From Octopus sinensis (taxonomy: Eukaryota), in NCBI RefSeq assembly GCF_006345805.1, contig NC_043021.1, positions 9,238,001 through 9,302,000 on the forward strand: a DNA stretch of 64,000 nt, given 5' to 3'. Position 1 is the first letter of the stretch. Each line of letters begins with the position of its first letter. Positions 1 to 11,500 of this stretch are shown here, in pieces. The notes beneath the pieces were generated by a model, which worked only from the letters and a program-made list of their open reading frames with translations, was not told the DNA's origin and did no database searches. A program made the translations under genes and the position numbers.

Positions 1-86
1 ATGTTTGAGGTTGGAGAAATTGAAACAGCTCTTGTTATAGTACCGAGTTCTTTGTTATTGCCTTGGTGCCGGGAAATTGATAAATG
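1..86 (+). CDS. ERCC6L: ERCC6L exon (5'-truncated by window edge)
   Basis: MFEVGEIETALVIVPSSLLLPWCREIDKW (motif Ia region); donor TG|GTAAGT, phase 2. Confidence 0.85.
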
Positions 87-3000
87 GTAAGTAGGGCTGC
101 CTTAATCTCTCTCTCTGTCTCTCTCTTTCTCTCATGCTAATGATCAAGAAATTTGTTTTGCAATCATCAAGTCCCAGGTTCAATCCCACTGTGTGGCATC
201 TTGGGCCAGTGTCAGTTCCCACAGTCTCAGGTTGACCAATATGTGGTCAGTGAAATTGGGTGGCTATGCTGATTCCATCTGAAGATTTCAATAACAGTAC
301 ACTTACTAATACAATGAACTTTTACTCTTACATGTTTCAGTCATTTGACTGGGGCCATGCTAGAGCACTGCCTTTAGTCGAGCAAATGACATTGCGATAC
401 TTGACGAAACATTTGCTGACGTCCAGTTTGCTATCGATGAGCTCCAGCGCGTTGCATCACAGATTGGTATAAAAGTCAATGCCTCAAAGACCAAAATCCT
501 CACAGCCGGCTTCGCCCCACCAGACAATGCAGTGGGTCCCACATTTTATGATGATCAACAAGATTTTAATGCTGTTTTTATCATGTTGAATGATTGTGTA
601 GTTATTTCTCTCTCTGATGATTGATTCTGCTATTCTTGTATTCTTGTGTTATTTCAGGGCTCCAGGATTGAATTATGATTCATTCCATGACAAGGGAAAA
701 TCTGGCAGAAAGAAAACCCTTCATTGTACCCAGAGAAGAGGTGGTGTTCTACTTGTGACTTATGGTTTATTAGTAAACAACTACGAGGAACTTTCAACTG
801 ACCGAAATGGTCAGGAATTTGTTTGGGTAAAAACAACATTCACACCTTCTTCTAGTGTGCTTTCTGGTTCATTCCCACTGTGCAGTACCTTGTACTATAA
901 CTTTGTGAATGGATTTGGTAGAAGGAAACTGAAAGAATCCCATCATATATATATATGTGAGTGGATTTGGTAGACAGAAAATGAAAGAAGCCCGTCGTAT
1001 ATATGTATATATATTTGTGTGTGTATACGTTTGTGTGTCTGTGTTTGTCCTCCCCGACATCGCTTGACAACCGATGCTGGTGTGTTTACATCCCCGTAAA
1101 TTAGCGGTTTGGCAAAAGAGAACTGATAGAATAAGTACTAGGCTTCCAAAAAATAAGTCCTGGGATCGATTTGTTCGACTAAAGGCAGTGCTCCAGCATG
1201 GCCACAGTCAAATGACTGAAAGAAGTAAAGGAGATAACCTAGTAAAGGAAATCCAATGCATTAATTTGCCTTCTTTCCCTTTATTCTTTTATTTGTTTCA
1301 GTCATTTGACTGTGGCCATGCTGGAGCACTACCTTTAGTCGAAGAAATCGACCCCAGGACTTATTCTTTCTAAGCTTAGCACTTATTCTATCGGTCTCTT
1401 TTGCCAAACCAATAAGTTATGGGAATGTAAACACACCAACATCGGTTGTTAGGTGATGGTGGGGCGGGGGGTAAACAGGCACAAATACAGTCATACATAC
1501 ATATATATATTTATATATATACAACAGGCTTCCTTCAATTTCTGTTTACCAAATCCACTCACAAGGCTTTGGTTGGTCCAAGGTTACAGTAGAAGACACT
1601 TACCCAAGATGCTACGCAGTGGGACTGAACCCGGAACCATGTGGTTGGGAAGCAAGCTTCTTACCACACAGCCACTCTTGAATGTGTATTAATGTTTTGT
1701 TTTTTTTTGTTTGTTTTGTGACAGGACTATATGATACTGGATGAAGGTCATAAAATTAAGAATCCCACCAAGACACAGAAAGCAGCCCACCATATTCCGT
1801 CTCGTAATAGAATTATTATGACTGGAACCCCTATCCAGAACAACCTGGTTGTAAGTTTTCATTCTTTTTGGGTTTTCTGAGGCATGGGCAGACAAATGTG
1901 TTGAGCCTGTTTAACAAGTGCGAGTGCTGTGTGGAAGAGAAAAGACTTGAATTATTAATTTCACAGACTATCGAAATCGATCAACATCAATGGAAATTGT
2001 AGCTGTGATACCAGTGCTGGTGGCATGTAAAAAAGCACCATCTGAATGTGGCCGTTGCCAGCGCCGCCCTGACTGGCCTCCGTGTCGGTGGCACGTAAAA
2101 AAGCACCATCCGATCGTGGCCGTTGCAAGCCTTGTCTGGCCCCCGTGCCGGTGGCACGTAAAAAGCACCATCCGATCGTGGCCGTCTGCCAGCCTCGTCT
2201 GGCACCTGTGCAGGTGGCACGTAAAAAGCACCCACTACATTCACGGAGTGGTTGGCGTTAGGAAGGGCATCCAGCTGTAGAAACACTGCCAGATCAGACT
2301 GGAGCCTGGTGCAGCTTTCTGGCTTCCCAGACCCCAGTTGAACCGTCCAACCCATGCTAGCATGGAAAGCGGGCGTTAAACAATGATGATGATGATGATG
2401 ACTAAGAATAATCAGGGAGGAACAGACTCCGAGTATGATTTGATGGCTGTACATGAGACATTGATATCATATTGGAAGTCTGGATCTGTGTTTGTGTGTG
2501 TGTGTGTGTATGCAATGGAGGCTACGTCAGATTGCATGCAGAGGTTAACTGCAATTCTAGGGTGTTAGTAAATGTATGCAGGAAAGGGTACAGTAAGATT
2601 ATTAAGTTAATTTTTTGGCTCAAAAAGCAAAAAGCAAGTCCATGTAGGGGGACATGGAGTTATGTACAGGGAGGGTGTTCATGCAAAGAGTTCAGGCCGT
2701 TTCTGGTCAAGAGAGACTTTGAACCGAATGGTCGTTGGCAACTTCACTATCTCGTCCGGCAGCTTATTCCACGGATCCGCAACCCGGACGGAGAAAGCCC
2801 CTCTCCTTTGATTGAGATGAAATCATCGCAGATAGAGCTTTTCGGAGTGACCCCGCAGCCGACGCTCTGGAGCAGGAGTGAAGAACAGCTCTTTCGAGAG
2901 GTTACACTTTCCGCTTATGATGTTATGAGCAAGAATGAGATCTCCATGGCGTCATCGTTTTTCTAGAGAATAAAGGTCAAGCGTCTTCAGCCTTTCTTCA

Positions 3001-5513
3001 TAAGACAAATGCTCGAGACCAAGAACCATGCAGGTAGCCAGCTTCTGGACTCTTTCGAGATGATGCATGTCTTTGAGGAGATAAGGAGAAGTGGCTTGAA
3101 TCCCGTACTCCAATATGGGTCTCACCAGCGTGACATAGAGCGGTAGGAATTGTGATTGCTCTCCACAAGTATTGGTGGATAAACTGCAGGGAGTGCACTA
3201 AGATAATGATTGCACTGCAGGTGTATTAGTGTCACTGCACTTCGGAGGTGTGTGTGTGTGTGTATGTATACAGGAGTTGACCCCCAAGGTTGGCAAAAGT
3301 TAATGGACCACCTGCCATTTGTCAAGAGTTTGCATTTTTGGAACCTTGTTGATTTAAGTACTCCTTCACAGTTACAAAACTCATGTACTCAGTACCCACT
3401 TCTAAACGTAGGATATCCTCACCACTTCATGTTTATTAAATTCTTAAAGGGCCTGAGTGAGACCCATTTTATTGTATATAGCATGTGGATTAACACACCT
3501 TGGTATGTGTAATTTTAATCTCGACATATATATCTATATACAACTTGGCCTTATCTACACTCCTTTATGTACATATCTACACACTTAGCCTCTATTATAT
3601 ATCTGCAAATGAACATTTATTTCTACACACCTCATCATCATCATCATTGTTCGACTGTGGTCGAGACAATGGAATTTACTATGCTACGCCAGACATCACG
3701 GTCCATCATGGCATTACGGAGGTCCTGTTGCTGGATGCCTGTATCCCTGGAGATTACATCAGGGTAGGAGAGTGTGCGCCCTCTGGCATTGCGAGTAGAT
3801 GGCTTCCAGAGGAGGAGAGTAGAAATTACTTCTTTTTCAGCTCTACAACAATGTCCAGAAAACTGGACTCTCCTACCTTTCACAAGAGATGACACTGGTG
3901 GTAGTTTCCCATATATTGCTCGCCTGGCCCCGTGCCGGTGGCACGTAAAAGCACTGTCTGTTCGTGTCCTTTGCCAGCCTCGCCTGGCCCCAGTGCCGGT
4001 GGCACGTAAAAGCCCCATCCGTTCGTGGCCGTTTGCCAGCTCTGTCTGGCACCTGTGCGGGTGGCACATAAAAAGCACCCACTACACTCACGGAGTGGTT
4101 GGCGTTAGGAAGGGCATCCAGCCATAGAAACACTGCCAGATCTGACTGGGCCTGATGCGGCCTTCCGGCTTCACAGACCCCAGTTGAACCGTCCAACCCA
4201 TGCTAGCATGGAAAACGGACGCTAAATGATGATGATGATATCTATTCGTGAAATAATAATTAATGTATGCTGTATACTGTTATTTCTATGTTTTTTTCCC
4301 CCTTTTTCTCTTTAAGGAACTTTGGGCTCTGTTTGATTTTGTCCATCATGGTTCATTGCTGGGAACTCAGAAAACATTCAAAATGAAGTATGAAAACCCC
4401 ATTACTCGGGTAAGCTTTATTTTGCTTCCTGCTAGTTTGGTTTGAAACCTGACTACATTCACTTGTATTAGATCTGTATGAGGTTAATGTAAAAGGGTAC
4501 AGGGTAAAGACCCCCTTCGGTCATGAATGACCATGGAATGCATCTAGAAAGTTCCCCCTTTGAGATTCAAATCTGGGCAAGGTTGTTTATGGAAGACCAG
4601 CAAGCCACCCCTGCATGCCAGCCTCCACTCTTCACATCACCGATGTTGTCCAAGTCAAAGGCAAAGGGGCCGATACAGCTTGGCACCTGTGACATCACAA
4701 CTCATTTCTACAGCTGAGTGAACTGGAGCAATGTGAAATAAAGTGTCTTGCTCAAGAACACAACACGCAGCCCAGTCCGGGAATCGAACTCGCTACCACA
4801 TAATTCTGAGCCTTCACTTTGATGTGGTGCATGATGCACTACCTCTGCATTGATGGTTTAGTGGTAGAATTCTTGCCTGCCATGCCGGCAGCCTGATGTT
4901 AATTTTTCATCACCATAATCACCACCACCACCACTGTTATACTTGCATGAATAGACAAGCCTTCTCCAGCACAGCATTTCAACACTAATCACAATCCTTT
5001 GTTATAAGCCTTTGTGAATTTCAGCCCCTTGAAATCAGATATAATCGACTCAATCCCTTTGTGTGTCCTTGTTTGTCCCCTCTATGTTTAGCCCCTTGTG
5101 GGCAGTAAAGAAATATATACTACACGTGTACACCACTGTTGTTGTTGTTGGCAAGTTAGTATTTTCCTTATCCCCTTCTGAAATGTTTCATTCTGACAGG
5201 CACGGCAAAAAGATGCATCTTTAGAAGAGAAGCAGTTAGGTTTCATCATGACCAAGAATCTGCAGAAGTTAATTGCTCCGTTTTTCCTGAGAAGAACCAA
5301 GGCCCAGCTGATGTCTGATCCAAACAGTGGGTAAGGCTAGAGTTTCTCTCTTGTTCTTGCTGCACACTAAGACAATGTACGATCACTTTACAACCCTACG
5401 ATTCTGGCTTCCATCTCAATGCATAGCATCCTGGACAAATATCTTCTACAGAAGCCTCGTGTTAACCAATGCACCATGAGTGGAATTTTGTAAACAGAAA
5501 CTCAGCAGAAGGC

Positions 5514-5582
<69 letters not shown>

Positions 5583-8500
5583 CGTGTGTGTGTATATATA
5601 TGTATATATAATATAAATAATATATAAATATATGCATATATATATACATATATGTACATACCTACATATATATGTACATATACATGCATATATGGGTACA
5701 GGACATAAAAAAAGCGTTGAACACAATGTGTGTATGTTTGTGTTTGGCCTCCACTTACTGCTTAACAATTGGTCTTGGCTTGTTTATGTACTTGTAGCTT
5801 AGCAATGTATCCCTTAAAGTGGTACTCCAGCATGGCTTTAGTCCACTGACTAAGACAGATTAAAGAAATACACACACACACACACACACAATTGTCCTTC
5901 GGTTTGCTTGGTATACAACATAGCTGTTTATAGACAATATTTTCAAGTTTGTTCTCACAGAACATCCTCATTTAAGTGGCGATAAATATTACTTCTCAAT
6001 ATTTTCTAGCTCTTTCTAGCTATAGATGGTCCCATTGTATTTCTAGACAATGGTACCTTAACATATAATATGGTAAATCTTTCTAAAGTCCTTGTTTCTC
6101 TTTCCAGTATACCAGAATTACCACGGAAGAATGATCTGATTATCTGGGTGAAAATGACCGAACACCAAATGCAGGTCTACGAATCTTATCTATGTTTAGA
6201 TGAAGTGAAACAGGTGAGAATTAAAGTTTGTCTTACATTTAGATAATGCCAAACAGGTAAGAATTAAAAAAAAAAAAAAACGAAAATATTGTGTGGATGA
6301 GATTTTAAAATTGAATTCTTTTCTTGTTTCAGTCATTTGATAGCGGCCATGCTGGAGCATTGCCTTTAGTCGAACAAATTGACCCCAGGACTTTTTCTTT
6401 GTAAACCTAGTACTTATTTTATCGGTTTCTTTTGTCGAACTGCTAAGTTATCGGGACATGAACACACCAACATTGGTTGGCAAGCAATTGTGGGGAGGCA
6501 AACACAGACACACAAATATACACACACATATATATAAAGACGACGGGCTTCTTTCAGTTTCCATCTATCAAATCCATTTACAAGACTTTGGTTTGTCCAA
6601 TGTTATAGCAGAAGACATTTTCCCAAGATGCCAAAAAGTGGGACTGAACCCGGAACCATGTGGTTGGGAAGCAACACCGGCACCTATATTCAAATATTAT
6701 TTCAACTTCCTTTCCTCTTTTTGCCTTTCAAATAGTCAAAAAGCGCTGCCCCGACTGGCTTCCGTGCCAGTGGCACGTAAAAAGCACCATCCGATCATGG
6801 CTGTTGCCAGCCTCGCCTGGCTCCTGTGCTGGTGGCACATGAAAAGCACCATCCGATCGTGGCCGTTTGCCAGCCTCGTCTGGCTCCTGTGCTGGTGGCA
6901 TGTAAAAAGCACCCACTACACTCATGGAGTGGTTGGCGTTAGGAAGGGCATCCAGCCGTAGAAACATTGCCAGATCAGACTGTGCCTGGTGCAGCCTTCT
7001 GGCTTCCCAGACCCCAGTTGCACCGTCCAACCCATGCCAGCATGGAAAGCGGACGCTAAACGATGATGATGATAAACTGTCAAGTTGAATGTAAGTTACT
7101 GCATGTTGAACCTAAGGTTGGAAATGTCAGGGTAAAAAAAAGACATAGAGAAAACTTCCACTGCTAACTTCATAACAATGTGTCTGTACTCACTGCTGGT
7201 ATCTCATCCGATCGAGTTACCAACTTTACTGTGCTCCTACACCAACTGACAACCAAGATCCGGGTCCAAAAGTTGTTTGCATGTTTCATCCTTTGAGAAT
7301 TCATCAGGATATAATTTCTGAAAACCAAGAGATGTACTTAAAACAATCGGTAGAGCAGTTCTTTGACAATTGTGAAATTTCTTTGAAAGTGTCTTTTAAG
7401 AGTTTGTGGTTTGGTAACCAAAATGAGTTGACAAACTTGGTAGTCTTGTTAAGAAAATAATCCCCTCTTGTGTGTGTATTTATAAATACTAATGGGTTGC
7501 ATTAGTAAGTAGCTTGCTAACCAACCACATGGTTCCGGGTTCAGTCCCACTGCGTGGCATCTTGGGCAAGTGTCTTCTGCTATAGCCCTGGGCCGACCAA
7601 TGCCTTGTGAGTGGATTTGGTAGACGGAAACTGAAAGAAGCCCTTCGTATATATGTATATATATATATATGTGTATGTGTGTGTGTCTGTGTTTGTCCCC
7701 CTAGCATTGCTTGACGACCGATGCTGGTGTGTTTACGTCCCCATCACTTAGCGGTTCGGCAAAAGAGATCAATAGAATAAGTCCCGGGGTCGATTTGCTC
7801 GACTAAAGGTGGTGCTCCAGCATGGCCGCAGTCAAATGACTGAAACATGTAAAAGAGTAAAAAAGTAAAGAGCATGACTATTTCACAGAATTAACCCTTT
7901 TGTTACCATATTTCTGTTGAAATGCACTGTATTTCTTTCAATTGATTTTAAATATAACAAAGAATTTAATAAAACAACTCAGTTATCATGAAGCTAGTGT
8001 TAGGAACATAAATTGTGACTAAAGGTTTGGTGGAAGATTTTTATTCAAAACTTATGAAAACAAGACATTTGTACTACAGAGCCAGAGGTGGTTTCAGCCA
8101 GGTTGGTATCAAAAGGGTTATAAGAAGGGATTTAGTAAAATAACCTAGTTATCATTAAGCTAGTGTTAGGAACATAAATTGTGACTAAGGTTTGGTGGAT
8201 GATTTTGACTCAGAACTTTTGAAAACAAGACATTTGTACTACACAGCCAGAGGTGGTTTCAGGCAGGTTGGTATCAAAAGTGTTAGCAGTAAACTTATTG
8301 GGTTATTTCTGAAAACTTTACCCAAAAAACCTGAAAGCATAGACTGTGTTGTGTTTGTATGGAAAGATAGTTGCTCATTTGCTATTCATTGAAAATTGAA
8401 GGAAATTGGAATACGATGATTACTTAATGCACAATTTTATAGACTTAATACACAGCACCCTCCCACTTAATCTCTCACTCTTTGCCTTACCCTCTTTTTC

Positions 8501-11500
8501 TTTTGCTCTTCGCATTTCCCCTCAACTAATCATGTGAAAGCATTACAGACAGGCTATGTAACAGAGAAGTGGAGGCACAATGGCCCAGTGGTTAGGGCAG
8601 CGGACTCGCGGTCGTAGGATCGCGGTTTCGATTTCCAGACCGGGCGTTGTGAGTGTTTATTGAGCGAAAACACCTAAAGCTCCACGAGGCTCCGGCAGGG
8701 ATGGTGGTGGTCCCTGCTGTACTCTTTCACCACAACTTTCTCTCACTCTTACTTCCTGTTTCTGTTGTATCTGTATTTCAAAGGGCCGGCCTTGTCACTC
8801 TCTGTGTCACGCTGAATATCCTCGAGAACTATGTTAAGGGTACACGTGTCTGTGGAGTGCTCAGCCACTTGCATGTTAATTTCACGAGCAGGCTGTTCCG
8901 TTGATCGGATCAACCGGAACCCTCGTCATCGTAACCGACGGAGTGCTTCCTCTATGTAACAGAGGAAAAAAAACTTGGTTAAAAAAAATAAAAACGTTAC
9001 ACATTTCACTCTGTGACATTGAGCAGAATATTTGCTATAATGATATTTCTGCTTCAGCAACTCTCTGCTGAATCTGTGTGAAATGTAATGGAAAAATAGG
9101 TCAGTTTCAAAACATTGAGGTCTGAAAGGAACAGTTGTCATTTCGTTTGATTTCTAGATAGAAGCGAATAAGAAATAACACTTACTGACCAAAGACAAAA
9201 AAAAAAGAATTTTGTTACACTGTAATGTATGTAACACCGGATCTTTTCGGTTTGAACGGCAAGTTTTTTCTAGCGGTGTCATATGAAATTGTCACCCATA
9301 ATTATGACCCTAGTATCGATCTATTGCATTTCAATCTGTTTTAGGGTTAAGGTTAGAGTTAGGGGTGGGAGGAAGGGTATCTTTTTTTCTTCACAAATGT
9401 AAATAAACCCAATCCGTTGCTTAAACGAGGGACATATTTAATACGGCACAGAATGTTTTTTAACTCAATAGACGTCATTGATTGGTTGAAATTGCAGAAA
9501 TTGAAGAAAAAAAACAACAACAAATATCTTACAAACTATAGAATTTTCTCAATAAAGCCAAGAGAAAAGATGTCTTATAAACACATTCTACCAGTATACG
9601 AAGTTTAAAAGTGTTTAGTTACATGGAAATTATTTTAAAAAAACTGTCATTCAAACCGAAAAGATCCGTAACACCTACCAAATTTATCGAGTGACTCATT
9701 TGTGTGTCCACTCACTTGTATCTCTCTGTCTTTTATAGCTGATGTCATCAAGTAAATCTCCACTTGTGGCTCTTATCATACTCAAGAAACTGTGTGATCA
9801 TATCCGTCTGATGTCTGTGAGAGTTTGTCGAAGTCTGGGATTGCTGAACAAAGAGGAAAGTCAAAAATTGTAAGTGGAATTGGGGTGGGGATCAAGAGAC
9901 AACATTTTATTGTTATAGGGTTTCATTAACAACTATTAGGTTGGTGCATAATTATTGCGGCATTTTTCCCAAAAATTTTATTCAACAAAAACAATAACAT
10001 TTAACAAAAACATCTTTAACCCTTTAGTGTTTAAACCGGCCATATCTGACCCAGATATTCTATAGGTTTTATATTCAAACTGGCAATATCTAGCCGCCTC
10101 TCACACCTACCCGACAATGTCATTCTAAATATAAACAATCACATCATTGAAACCTCAAAGCTATGAGATAATGCTTGATTAATTCAAAACAATTTGAGTG
10201 GAAAAGTATTACATTGAACAGAGTAATCTGAACACTAAAGGGTTAAATGATTATTCTGGAGCATAATCACCATTTGTTTCAATTTCTGCCTGGTGTTTTA
10301 TTGAAGAGAATACCGCAATAATTATACACCAACCTAATACTTCAAACAGCAGCGCGTCATTATCATCGTTGGTTTTATGTCATCTTTTTCTTTCCTTGAA
10401 AAATCGGCATGAACTTTCCAGACAACCCAATACATTCATAATATGATGATAATGGTGTTTTTTTTTTGTTTTTTTTTCTTGTAGCCGTTCATCTTCAGTC
10501 CATCACCTAGATGATCCAGATGAGATTGCTGAACAGACAAAGGAAATGAATGCTTTAAATCATAGCTTTAAACACTCCAGTGGTGGCAACACCATCCATA
10601 GCAGTGAGTTCAACGAGAATGCTTGTGCTGCCACTCAGCTTAATGGTATTCCAGACATTGTATTATTCCAAGAGTCTGGTAAACTGATTGTTCTTATTGA
10701 GTTGCTTGGTCACATTGTGGGCACGAACCACAAATGTGTCGTCTTCTCCCAATCCGCCAAAATGTTAGACATCATTCAAAAGATTCTGAAAAACCTGGTA
10801 AGGCTTTATTTATATACTAGCTGACGTACCCAGTAATTTCTGGGAATGTGGGGCTTATCCCTTGGTTCCGTTCTCAATTGTTTCTCTAATCCAGTGCTTT
10901 TCAAACTTTTTGCTGGAGCGGAACCACAAGGAAACATTCCACTGACTCGAGGAACCCCTGTGCAATAATTTAATAGTCTTATGCACACATATCTGCACAA
11001 GGGAATTAAAAATTACTGTTGATTTTAGCAGTTTTGTAACTTCTTGCGGAACCCATAGACTGTACTGGCAGAACCCTAAGGTTCCGTGGAACCCTGGTTG
11101 AAAACCACTGTTCTAATCCAATAATAACAATACAAAGTATGTAGCCCTTAAAACGGTTTTTGTGCATTTATTGAGAATTCCAAACTGTCTTACACAGGAT
11201 CTTGTTTTCAGGAATTCCCAATAAGTTATGAATGCCCAAATTATGAAGTCAGTTATGTAATAACGTGAAATTAGTTACCCGATAGTAAGAATTCAAGTAA
11301 AGTAGCCCTGAAAAGGGCTTTAATACGTTCCCAGAGTATATAGAACTTAGGAGGAAATACTAATAAGGTATGTATACTAAAATCATGAAGCATGTTACGT
11401 AATAACAGGCTAATCAGATATGAGATAATAACAATTGAAAATAAATAACTCTGAAAAGGGCTTTTGTGCGTTCCCAGAGAATATTACCCTCAGGGGCGCT

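Noticed and set aside
7278-7310. Minus-strand CTGATGA-attc/ggat-GAAAC hammerhead candidate
   Set aside because: Stem II pairs, but U16.1 is C and no stem I partner is found; at most a decayed copy.
8567-8645. tRNA gene candidates (also 19679, 28423, 48794 and S1/S3 heads)
   Set aside because: A/B boxes are present but there is no complete acceptor stem; each runs into a SINE body, some with TSDs.
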